Sequence record: PP496444.1
Reading direction: 5' to 3' (one strand)
DNA: 64,000 nucleotides
The notes beneath the pieces were generated by a model. It worked only from the letters and a program-made list of their open reading frames with translations. It was not told where the DNA came from and searched no databases. The translations under genes were made by a program, and so were the position numbers. Below are positions 54,701-62,576 of the stretch, piece after piece. Every line of letters begins with the position of its first letter. Position 1 is the stretch's first letter.

Positions 54701-55155
54701 CCAACGTTCTGGTGCACGACTCCAGTAAGTCAGAGTCTCCGTTCAACTTCCTGCTGATGAACATGCACATCAAAGAGTGGTGTATGACCACCGGCGTTCA
54801 GACATATCTGGAGTCCAACTTCGACATGCAGTTCTTGACCCCGTTCGGTATCGACTTCGACATCGGCGCATCGTGGGCAGACATGGAAGGCTGGGACTTC
54901 AACCCGACCACCCTGATCGGACCTCAGCCCAAGGATAAAGACGGCAAGCCGGGGATGGGTATCATCGAGACGGCACTGGAGAACAGCCAGAAGATTCACA
55001 ACTACTCGTTCAACACCGACAAGGTGGCGCAGGGTATGTTCACCACCTACCACATGCTGCGTGACGAGTTGAAGCTGGACGAACTCTTCCCGTTGAACAT
55101 GAAGTACTGCGTGGACAAGGACTGGCAGGTGCCTACTCCGAAACTTCCAAAGTGA
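51748..55155 (+). CDS. polA: Family A DNA polymerase with N-terminal UDG-like domain and 3'-5' exonuclease
   Basis: Likely start GTG 51748 (GAGGG RBS). Exonuclease: LDVETTG, NFGFD, YGCMD. Polymerase: TGRSNS.RPSLQQIP, DADYSSHEVR, RQIAKTIVFGAIYG, NSPIQG, VHDS. N-terminal KPTKVLIVGLYA is UDG-like. Confidence 0.95.
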   Translation: MLISKASLEKFDFGNLFDEHVNNVGKPYKVQSVRSTDWFQSDERLLVIMGRPNYRDAKDEVRCMMGADETRMVFDNLMDLAASNATAYAKKAGIKLRSRNKHAIMVTNFQIADLSSASEETESIANHAAANRVSMLIHVTKPTKVLIVGLYAESYLMERSGIEYPAKKRGNPHQVEFKVEFKPNAKELQRMQSLAKMRSKKLIRELESNEYHPWVNFFLEEVAHEGAKLSDFAQNNGTYSLTNTVQTFSTIDYDRAFTSGSGESDLDDDAVVEANLLGYVSRTIANCLLGCNPFSLRSLFSEKQPSGPKGKPTIQCHYVDTLKKFDAMWDKVMDADLVSLDVETTGFYPHTNRLLSLQVATRKEEGFFVPLYHKDTPFTKKELEHIRLRVKALLELKVTYHKNQRRKRMMLGQNFGFDKKWLMHWCDVRYLYWPVWDTIAGEFCLDDNLKGLVGKALGYKYTPFSLDSIVASYENYHYLESEFGKEDRTTIEHAKFGPGEPVVTYGCMDVVFPIAAMEQQLNRAECEHWVTGNYRETMFNFMLAQMSNMIKVQSGMSHRGIMMDQGYMEFQLSEEGVFAKDVERLTRELYSSKAVKKASELIRGKKGIPQGSLFGNSGATGDAAGFNHAKQEHLEILFFDVLKLAPINVKKETDKRSLDDDFKKAYKAVPEVACWAQMGKMQRLMDTFIKAIYNHMNNDPDYSVHNRLHPGYGFKEVVTGRSNSSRPSLQQIPVHSAEAKYVKRQFVAPMWTLFDDADYSSHEVRCAGITAFDEASCSGFRKIHNIVLDHRLYPSKDNKIVLLTAGDSHKQNYSRFTGLDIKEWITFDLTEEGKKKAKALRQIAKTIVFGAIYGKSAPSLAAELGISVEEAEELLFNFFKEFADLKDWLEWTKDYSNKHLYTFGPHGRKRRLFGYITGIKRTQSAMERRAQNSPIQGFASDVMFDAAEMYAQKQHEMYSLIEANRSLRKLLSKELEIVNQFPTGANVLVHDSSKSESPFNFLLMNMHIKEWCMTTGVQTYLESNFDMQFLTPFGIDFDIGASWADMEGWDFNPTTLIGPQPKDKDGKPGMGIIETALENSQKIHNYSFNTDKVAQGMFTTYHMLRDELKLDELFPLNMKYCVDKDWQVPTPKLPK

Positions 55156-55162
55156 GACAACT

Positions 55163-55423
55163 ATGAACATCATCTACAAGGAGGACTTCAACCCTGCTGA
55201 CGTAGAGTTGTACCGCCAAGTACAGAGCATCACGCCGACTGACCCAACGGAGGACCTGCTGATGCTGTGGTTCTCCTTCCGCTATATTGCACTACGTCAG
55301 TCTGTCCTCCGGGGCAAGACATTGACACCGGCCACCAACTGGTCGAACGAGACATTCGACGAAGCGGTGGACTCCCTGCTGGAAGACACATTGGGGCTCA
55401 AGCGCCCACCCATGGAGGCGTGA
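55163..55423 (+). CDS. Hypothetical protein
   Basis: 86-aa ORF. Confidence 0.6.
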   Translation: MNIIYKEDFNPADVELYRQVQSITPTDPTEDLLMLWFSFRYIALRQSVLRGKTLTPATNWSNETFDEAVDSLLEDTLGLKRPPMEA

Positions 55424-55427
55424 CGCC

Positions 55428-55751
55428 ATGATAGGTAACGGTGAAGGTTTCAAAGTAAGTCAGGAGATGCTGGACATCGCCGCTGACTACAAATCTCATA
55501 TGTTAGTGTCCACACTAGAGTGGGAACGAAGCAAGTGGACAGAACTGCGGTACGAGTTCCTCAAGGCTCAAGCCAAGTTCGAGGGTGAGGCACTCCTAGG
55601 TGGACCAGTGGGTGCACGGGTACATCGAGACTCGAACTTCTGGTACGAGCTAACGATGCGCATCCCCGCAGCCCACCCCGGTGAGACGATCGATGACGCG
55701 ATTGACCTGTGGCTGGAAACGCTTCTAGACATCCTTCGACCGGGTAAATAG
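55428..55751 (+). CDS. Hypothetical protein
   Basis: 107 aa, GGAGG RBS. Confidence 0.6.
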   Translation: MIGNGEGFKVSQEMLDIAADYKSHMLVSTLEWERSKWTELRYEFLKAQAKFEGEALLGGPVGARVHRDSNFWYELTMRIPAAHPGETIDDAIDLWLETLLDILRPGK

Positions 55752-55789
55752 CCGGTGACTAACTACGTATCTATAGGGATACCGCAAAC

Positions 55790-56761
55790 ATGAAAGATAT
55801 GCGCTATACCGAACTGTTCTATTCCCTCCAAGGTGAGGGGTTGCGCGTTGGGGTGCCGTCGGTATTCTTCCGCATGTTCGGTTGCAACTTCGAGTGCAAG
55901 GGATTCTCCAATCCTGAAATGAAAGATCCCAACGTGATCCCGGCCATCAACCTGCTGGCGGTCAACGAAGCGGATCTGGAGCTGGGCTGTGACTCTCGCT
56001 ACAGCTGGCACAAGGACTATCGCAACCTGGCCATCAAAGCCCCGCCTCACGAGGTAGCCAACACCCTGCTCGACTTCACGAAAGAGAAGTTCATGGCAGC
56101 GGTAGCCCGCTGGCCCAAGCGTAATCACGCAGGCAATGTCGTCCGCTTGATTCCCGGTCAGACTACGAGTGAAATACTCCAGATTGCCACGATGGCTCAT
56201 GTGCCGGACTGGGTCTTCACCGGCGGCGAACCGTTCATGCAGCAAGAGCAACTTGAAGCCCTGCTGCGCCACGCCATGTACGTGGTGGAGGAAGAACAGG
56301 TTGACTTCGGCGGCAATGGACTACCTATGCTGACCTTCGAGACCAACGCCAGCATCAAGATGCGTGACTCTATGGTCAGCTGCCTGAGTGAGTACAACGA
56401 CGGCTTTGGTGACTTGCACTTCTCCAACAGCCCCAAGCTGTCGTTCACCGGAGAGCATCGTAGTGCGGCGCTCAAGCCCGAGGTGATCGGTCAGCAAGAA
56501 CAAACCGGTGGCTCCAGTTCTTTCAAGTTCGTGGTGCGTCCGGCGCGTGAAGACTTCGATGAGCTGATGGAGTTCATGCAAGAGTACATGGCGTACACGG
56601 GCTCGGGGAATCTCGAAGGCATCTACGTCATGCCGGTCGGCGCCAGCCTACACCAACAGCAGGCCATCGCCACTCAGGTTGCGGAACTGGCATTGGAGTA
56701 CGGCGTCAACTACAGCCCTCGGCTCCAGTGTGACCTGTGGGCCAACAAGATAGGGACGTGA
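55790..56761 (+). CDS. queE: 7-carboxy-7-deazaguanine synthase (radical SAM)
   Basis: ELFYSLQGEG..VG.PSVF.R.FGCNFEC...CDS.YSW, FTGGEP, ETN, SNSPKL, SPRLQ..LW. Confidence 0.93.
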   Translation: MKDMRYTELFYSLQGEGLRVGVPSVFFRMFGCNFECKGFSNPEMKDPNVIPAINLLAVNEADLELGCDSRYSWHKDYRNLAIKAPPHEVANTLLDFTKEKFMAAVARWPKRNHAGNVVRLIPGQTTSEILQIATMAHVPDWVFTGGEPFMQQEQLEALLRHAMYVVEEEQVDFGGNGLPMLTFETNASIKMRDSMVSCLSEYNDGFGDLHFSNSPKLSFTGEHRSAALKPEVIGQQEQTGGSSSFKFVVRPAREDFDELMEFMQEYMAYTGSGNLEGIYVMPVGASLHQQQAIATQVAELALEYGVNYSPRLQCDLWANKIGT

Positions 56762-56763
56762 TC

Positions 56764-57108
56764 ATGGATTCCTTTCAAGAGTGGTTCATCTACGACATCA
56801 TGTTTTGGGTGACGATAGGCTTTATGCTGCTAGTTGTCTTGATCATCATGCTGGTGACGATTGTGATGATCAAGGTGGACCAGCACATGGTAAATAAAGG
56901 TTACTGGAGTGTACCCAAAAGCCGAGGTGACTCGGCCTTTCTGTGGTTCCACATAACCATGGCGGCAACCTTTTTCCTGCTTGTCATCACGTCTATCCTC
57001 GACTCCAAGCCCTTACTCATTATTGGAACCTTGGTGTACTGCGCTATCTCGATATACGCGCTGATCCTGAGATTCCCCACGACTACCAACAAGGACACCC
57101 CGCAATGA
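56764..57108 (+). CDS. Membrane protein (three hydrophobic segments)
   Basis: Hydrophobic stretches; atypical codons; start ATG 56764. Confidence 0.55.
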   Translation: MDSFQEWFIYDIMFWVTIGFMLLVVLIIMLVTIVMIKVDQHMVNKGYWSVPKSRGDSAFLWFHITMAATFFLLVITSILDSKPLLIIGTLVYCAISIYALILRFPTTTNKDTPQ

Positions 57109-58328
57109 CGATCAAAGACCGCAAGCGTAGAGAGAAGCGCAATTCCCGTGACAGCCGACTGGTCAAGTCTGCCAAGTCCCGTACGTCAACCTGGAAGCTG
57201 CACATCAACCCCGGCACACTGGTCAAGAGCATGCAGAACGCCCTGACCATGACCAAGAGCGAGCACGTGCTGCTGACCGTCGAGACGTCGCCGGAGGGTA
57301 ACGCCCAGATCGTGATCGTCGCCACGGGTAACGACACCCAATTCAAGCAGGTGGTGGTCGGCACTATCGATCAGCTCGGTCCAGAGCCGGGGCTTGGTTT
57401 GGACGTTAACGTCTTGACCGGCATTGCGCGTGGCCGGAAAGAGATGTGCCTGTTCACCGAACCAGACGACACCCGCATCCACTTCTCGTCGAAGGGTGCC
57501 AATGGCCGGGCGTACTCCGGAGACGTGTGCTCCGTTCCTGACATCGCCTTCGCCGTGGACAGCATTGCCCCAAGCAAAGACGACGTGGTGCTTGATCAGA
57601 GCATCCGCACCGCGTTGCAGTCTGCCGTCAACCGCGTGGGCTTGACCGACGTAGTGGAAGGCAAGGAGCTGGATCTGTGGGTGCAAGCCAACATGAAGGG
57701 CTTGACCGTGGCGTGTTTCGATACCCTGCACGTTGCCACACTGCACTTCCCAGAACTAAAGGTGAAGCGCGACTTCAATCTGAACTTGCCGCTGTCCACG
57801 TTCACCACGATCCAAGGTCTGACAGAGAGCGGTGAGTTCACCATCGGCATCGCAGACAACACCATTACGGCATACAGCGACGAGTTCTTCGTGAGCATGC
57901 CGCTGCTGCAAGAGACGGCGCGTACCCAATCGCTGGCGGACGTACTGGGATTGCTCCAGACCATCACCAGCAATGGCAATCCCGAGGCAAGCTTCACGTG
58001 TTCGGTGGAAGATCTGAACACCGCGCTCGGTTCGACCAATGCAGTCTTTGAAACCGGTGCCAAGACTCGCTTGACCATCGAAAAGAAGACCGGTGTAACG
58101 ATCAACATCAAGACCAGCTACGGTCAAGTAAATGACCAAGTGGCGAACGACAACTTCACAGGCAGCGGCGAGTTCGTAATCTCGCAACCGTTGCTGGAAG
58201 ATATCCTGCGGGTGTACAGCGACGACAAGATCACCATAAAGTTGTACAACAAGCCGACCTCGCTGCTGTCGGCCTCGGGTAAGGTAAAGGACTACGCCTA
58301 TACCTACATCGCCCTGTTGATGGATTGA
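57105..58328 (+). CDS. dnaN: DNA sliding clamp (DnaN beta-clamp-like)
   Basis: 407 aa from ATG 57105; repeated alpha/beta pattern (VATG, LTVACFD, I...LLEDIL); located in the replication block. Confidence 0.65.
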   Translation: MTIKDRKRREKRNSRDSRLVKSAKSRTSTWKLHINPGTLVKSMQNALTMTKSEHVLLTVETSPEGNAQIVIVATGNDTQFKQVVVGTIDQLGPEPGLGLDVNVLTGIARGRKEMCLFTEPDDTRIHFSSKGANGRAYSGDVCSVPDIAFAVDSIAPSKDDVVLDQSIRTALQSAVNRVGLTDVVEGKELDLWVQANMKGLTVACFDTLHVATLHFPELKVKRDFNLNLPLSTFTTIQGLTESGEFTIGIADNTITAYSDEFFVSMPLLQETARTQSLADVLGLLQTITSNGNPEASFTCSVEDLNTALGSTNAVFETGAKTRLTIEKKTGVTINIKTSYGQVNDQVANDNFTGSGEFVISQPLLEDILRVYSDDKITIKLYNKPTSLLSASGKVKDYAYTYIALLMD

Positions 58329-58717
58329 TGAAACCCTCGGATATCAAGCACATACCGTTGCACACGTTCGTCAAGGTGGGAGTGGCCGAATACCTGTTCC
58401 TGAACCGCAGCGCAGTAGCAGGTATCAAGCTGACCACTACCAAGATGGCGTTGGATGAGATTCCGAGTATCCATGTCCATGAGATAACCATGGGCAAGGA
58501 CGGTATCCATGTAGGGTATCTGTTCAAGACGCCCAAGAGGGTTTCACATGCCGCGAAGTCCCTGATCTTTGCGCCGTCTATTTCCATAGATGCGGCCAAG
58601 CGTTGTCAGGCTTCGTTCCAAGAATTCTTCGTCGGACTGGATTGCTGGGTGACCTCGGAAGGGGCCACGTTGTTCAACGCCCAGAAGTACGACGCTTCAT
58701 TACTCAGACCATTATAA
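58328..58717 (+). CDS. Hypothetical protein
   Basis: TGATG overlap with the clamp gene. Confidence 0.6.
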   Translation: MKPSDIKHIPLHTFVKVGVAEYLFLNRSAVAGIKLTTTKMALDEIPSIHVHEITMGKDGIHVGYLFKTPKRVSHAAKSLIFAPSISIDAAKRCQASFQEFFVGLDCWVTSEGATLFNAQKYDASLLRPL

Positions 58718-58726
58718 GGGCCTACC

Positions 58727-59467
58727 ATGGCTATTGATGCAGAGAAGTATCCGCTCCTGTCCATGGCTCAAGATCGACTCATTGAGTCATCTCAACGCCA
58801 TTTTGCCAACGATAACATCCATCCAGTATTCCAATATCTGGATAAGGTAGCACTCCCTGCGCCTTTGGCATCACAAGCGTTAGATGAGATGAAACGCGCA
58901 GTTGAAGAGAAGTACGGCGAGTTGCTGGAACTTCTCTTGATCGATTGGAAGAACGATCACAACTCCGAAGGTACTCCGCGCCGTGTCGCCAAGATGCTGG
59001 TCGAGGAAACCTATAAGGGCCGGTATTTGCCGACGCCTAAGATCACTGCGTTCCCCAACGACAGCAAGCGTACCCAGATGATCGTGGTCGGTCCACTGCG
59101 CGTCGAGAGCCAGTGCAGCCATCACCATCAGAATATCCGGGGGTCTGCTTGGATCGGCGTTATGCCGTCGGAAGATGGGATGCTGATCGGTCTGTCGAAG
59201 TTCAGCCGACTGCTGGATCACATCTGCCGCCGTCCTCAAATCCAAGAGGAAATGGTTGCTCAGGTGTGTCACCAGTTGAACGATCTGGTCAAGGGCAATC
59301 TCGGCGTCGCGGTCGTGATCAACGCAGAGCACCAGTGCATGGCCGTCCGGGGCGTGCAAGAACCGTGTGCCCAAACCGTCACGTCGGAGATGCTCGGTGC
59401 GTTCCTCGAACCTGGTGTTCGTCAGGAGTTCCTGACCTACGTGCAAATGAACCCAGCCCCGTGCTAA
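58727..59467 (+). CDS. folE: GTP cyclohydrolase I
   Basis: TPRRVAK, SQCSHH, GLSK..R....RRPQIQE, EHQCM..RG. Confidence 0.95.
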   Translation: MAIDAEKYPLLSMAQDRLIESSQRHFANDNIHPVFQYLDKVALPAPLASQALDEMKRAVEEKYGELLELLLIDWKNDHNSEGTPRRVAKMLVEETYKGRYLPTPKITAFPNDSKRTQMIVVGPLRVESQCSHHHQNIRGSAWIGVMPSEDGMLIGLSKFSRLLDHICRRPQIQEEMVAQVCHQLNDLVKGNLGVAVVINAEHQCMAVRGVQEPCAQTVTSEMLGAFLEPGVRQEFLTYVQMNPAPC

Positions 59468-59476
59468 GGTGACATC

Positions 59477-60058
59477 ATGGCAGTCAAGTCTACACCAAAG
59501 AAAGCGGAGAGGCCACCCAAGACAGACCGGGTAGCTCGGGGCTTCTCCGCCAAGACTGAAGATCCGTACAAGGACATCAACTACGTGTCCCTTGGCAAGA
59601 TCATCAAGTCAGTGCGTATCGACCCTCAAGGGATGAAGGTGGAAATCCGCCGCATCCACAAGGATCGAAGCTCTCGCAAGCTGACCAGTATCAACGTGAC
59701 AGGTGATGAGCTGTCCGCAACGGGGCGCCGGGATAACTCTCGCCGTTCCCGGTTGGTGGAGATCGCCAGTGACTGCCGTGAAGCGCGCAACGAAGTGGCG
59801 AAGGCATACGACGCCGTTCACCTGCACATTGCGGTTACCTACGGCAAGACGTACTTCACGGAGTTCAAGGCCATTGCATCGCTCAACTCTGCGGTGTACA
59901 ACATGGAACACTTCGTGAAGGCAGCTGATCTGCTGGGAACGCTGGACTCGGTTATCCAGATGGCAACCTTCGCCATCGAGGACATCGACAAGTCCGGCAT
60001 GAACCTGACCATGGCATTGAAAGCGCTGGAATTGAAAGCGCGAGGGAAGGACTTCTAA
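59477..60058 (+). CDS. Hypothetical helical protein (UvsY-like position)
   Basis: 193 aa, coupled to the SF2 helicase; function inferred from synteny only. Confidence 0.55.
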   Translation: MAVKSTPKKAERPPKTDRVARGFSAKTEDPYKDINYVSLGKIIKSVRIDPQGMKVEIRRIHKDRSSRKLTSINVTGDELSATGRRDNSRRSRLVEIASDCREARNEVAKAYDAVHLHIAVTYGKTYFTEFKAIASLNSAVYNMEHFVKAADLLGTLDSVIQMATFAIEDIDKSGMNLTMALKALELKARGKDF

Positions 60059-61647
60059 TGAGGCGTACTCGGCGGCGGGTGTTCAAGCCGTTCATTGAGT
60101 GCAATGCCATCTGGTTGCCGAAAAGCCAGGTGTACATGAGCACCGTGAAGCGGCTCTTCACGCTGGAGCTGGAGGACAAGCAAGTCAAGTCCAAGAAGCG
60201 TGAGGACCGGATGTACGAAGTGCAGGTGTTCCGTACGAGGAACTGGCATGGGGAAGAGATCGTCGGCTTGCCACTGGGTGACAAGAAGCGTGTGCGTCAA
60301 TGCCTGATGGACAAGCACGCGGTCAACGACGCGATAGATATGCGTCCGAAGTTCGACGATGTAAGAATCAAGGCGTGTTCAACGAGTATCGTGCTGCGGG
60401 ACTACCAAGATCCCGCCGTTCGCACCTTCACGACAAAGGAAATGGTCAGCGGCGTACTGCGTGCACGGCCTCGTTCCGGCAAGACGGTGATGGGTGTCGA
60501 GATAGCCATCCGTAACCGGGTTAAGACTCTGGTGCTGGTTCACCAGTCCGACCTGCTCAAGCAGTTCAAGCGTGACACCTTCGACGCGCTGACGGCGGCT
60601 GGCATGCGCTCCAAGATCTGCAAAACATGGAAAGACTTTCGGGAAACCGATTTCTGTCTGGCCACGTATCAGTCGTTCCTGAGTCCCGGCGGCAAGAAGC
60701 TCCTGCGCCGGATCGCGAACATGTTCGGCCTCGTCCTGACCGATGAGATTCACCGAGCGGCGTCCAAAGAATACAACAACGTTCTCTGCCAGCTGAATGC
60801 GCTCCAGTACATTGGTCTGACCGGTACACCGGATCGTAAAGACGGCAAGTACGACATGATCAACGTGTGCGTAGGTCCGATTCGGATCACGTGCAAGGCT
60901 CCGGCACTCAAGCCGAAAGTCCAGATGGTGTACACCGATCTTCCGCAGCGGCACTTCGGCGGTAATGGCTGGACCTACATGGTCAAGTACATCGCCACCA
61001 ACAAGGCTCGTAACGAACTGATCGCAGACCATGCGGTCCGGGATATGCTGGCAGGCCATCACGTGGTTATTCCGATCACCATGATCGAACACGGCAACCT
61101 TCTGGAAGCACTGATCAGCAAGAAGTGGGAAGCGTTGGGCAAGCAATTGCCTGTGGCTGCGCGCTTCGACGGACGACTGCAAGGCAACAAGCGTGACGCC
61201 GTGCTTGACGACATCCGAGACGGTAAATATGGTTGCACCATTGCCATGCGTTCGATGCTCACAGGCGTCAACGTTCCGCGCTGGTCGATGATCTATACGG
61301 TCATCCCTATTGCCAACGCCCCGACGTACACTCAAGAGGTAACCCGAGTCGGTACTCCAATGGAAGGTAAGAACCGTCCAGTGGTCAAGTGCTTCCTCGA
61401 TACTGAGATGACTGCGTGCGTGGCGTGTTTCCGTAAGATGTTCTTCGCGGTGCTCAACATTCGTTCTGACTTCACCGTCTCGTATGGTGTCCTCAGGTAC
61501 TTTCACATGTCCGGTCGCACGATTGAGCAGGTGGCGTCAACCCCGGCGTCCAGTGCCCGTGCCCCAAGCTATACCAGAAGCTCGCAGGCCATTACCCGGA
61601 CAGCCACTGCTCGGGGTGGGAAGATGCGTGGCTTCGGTGGGAGATAG
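60058..61647 (+). CDS. SF2 DNA helicase (UvsW/ResIII-like)
   Basis: LRDYQ, RPRSGKT, DEIH, LTGTP.RKDG, TGVNVP, QEVTRV. Confidence 0.9.
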   Translation: MRRTRRRVFKPFIECNAIWLPKSQVYMSTVKRLFTLELEDKQVKSKKREDRMYEVQVFRTRNWHGEEIVGLPLGDKKRVRQCLMDKHAVNDAIDMRPKFDDVRIKACSTSIVLRDYQDPAVRTFTTKEMVSGVLRARPRSGKTVMGVEIAIRNRVKTLVLVHQSDLLKQFKRDTFDALTAAGMRSKICKTWKDFRETDFCLATYQSFLSPGGKKLLRRIANMFGLVLTDEIHRAASKEYNNVLCQLNALQYIGLTGTPDRKDGKYDMINVCVGPIRITCKAPALKPKVQMVYTDLPQRHFGGNGWTYMVKYIATNKARNELIADHAVRDMLAGHHVVIPITMIEHGNLLEALISKKWEALGKQLPVAARFDGRLQGNKRDAVLDDIRDGKYGCTIAMRSMLTGVNVPRWSMIYTVIPIANAPTYTQEVTRVGTPMEGKNRPVVKCFLDTEMTACVACFRKMFFAVLNIRSDFTVSYGVLRYFHMSGRTIEQVASTPASSARAPSYTRSSQAITRTATARGGKMRGFGGR

Positions 61648-61649
61648 TT

Positions 61650-61913
61650 ATGCTGATGCTAGTTGTCAAAGGTTACAAGGTCGAGCGTGATCTGGAGGAG
61701 TTTCCTGCAAAGGATGGAGAGTTCGGTGCCAATAATGTCTACATCTACGGATCAGGTAGACCCGGTGACAGTAACATTGAGGCCACGATCAAAGCGGCGG
61801 TCGAATCCCAGGGCTTGACCGAAGCCGACATCATCTCGATCACCATGGTGCCATGGCAGGTTAACGGACGTGATCGCGGCAGCAACGACTATCACATCTT
61901 CCTTCGGGGATAA
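61650..61913 (+). CDS. Hypothetical protein
   Basis: 87 aa, GGAG RBS. Confidence 0.6.
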   Translation: MLMLVVKGYKVERDLEEFPAKDGEFGANNVYIYGSGRPGDSNIEATIKAAVESQGLTEADIISITMVPWQVNGRDRGSNDYHIFLRG

Positions 61914-61925
61914 GGAAAGCAGGCC

Positions 61926-62576
61926 ATGGCTGTCAACAGTAGTCAGATAAAACTCCCCAAGATGGGGAGTGTCACGTTCAGGAAGATGCAAGCGGTCAAC
62001 GTGCCGATCCATCGTCTGGCCCAGTCCAACATTCAATTCAACCTGCGGGAGAACTTGCAGGAAGACGTGTTCGTTGAACGCAGCCAACAATCCAAGGAAG
62101 TAAAGAACATCGTTCGACACACTGCTGCGTCTCAACTCCGAGCGTGGCAGTTGTTGATGCAAGAACCCTTTGATGAACCGTACACCATGTGCGTGTCCAC
62201 CTACGAGTCCGATTTTCTGCCCAAGATGGTAGCCGCCACACTGGTCGCTGCTGCCTTCGACGCGGGCGCCACTGTCAATCAGGTGGCTTGGCACACGATC
62301 ACCGGAGATGCGGTTGACTACATGCTGGTAGATCACCACGCCCGGAAGAAAGACCTGAAACTGATCGTGCTCGCCAACCTACCAACGTCCTACGATCACA
62401 CTAACCGGATGGACAGCTCTCTGTTGAAGTATGAGAAGGTGCGGGACATCATCGAGGTGTTCCCCAACGCGGCGGTGTGTGTGGTGTCAACAGGCACCAG
62501 TCCGTCGGACCTGTTCCACAAACTTCAACTTCCTCTGGACATCGCCATCCGCCTGATGGATAAGAGACAACTATGA
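61926..62576 (+). CDS. Degenerate DnaC/IstB-like helicase-loader homologue
   Basis: Immediately upstream of dnaB; LIVLANL at the Walker-B position; no intact Walker A. Confidence 0.4.
   Translation: MAVNSSQIKLPKMGSVTFRKMQAVNVPIHRLAQSNIQFNLRENLQEDVFVERSQQSKEVKNIVRHTAASQLRAWQLLMQEPFDEPYTMCVSTYESDFLPKMVAATLVAAAFDAGATVNQVAWHTITGDAVDYMLVDHHARKKDLKLIVLANLPTSYDHTNRMDSSLLKYEKVRDIIEVFPNAAVCVVSTGTSPSDLFHKLQLPLDIAIRLMDKRQL

Noticed and set aside
21741-59467. Plain queuosine tRNA pathway
   Set aside because: No tgt, queF, queA or tRNA genes are seen, and the duplicated QueC plus ligase, transferase and mutase genes are not needed for queuosine
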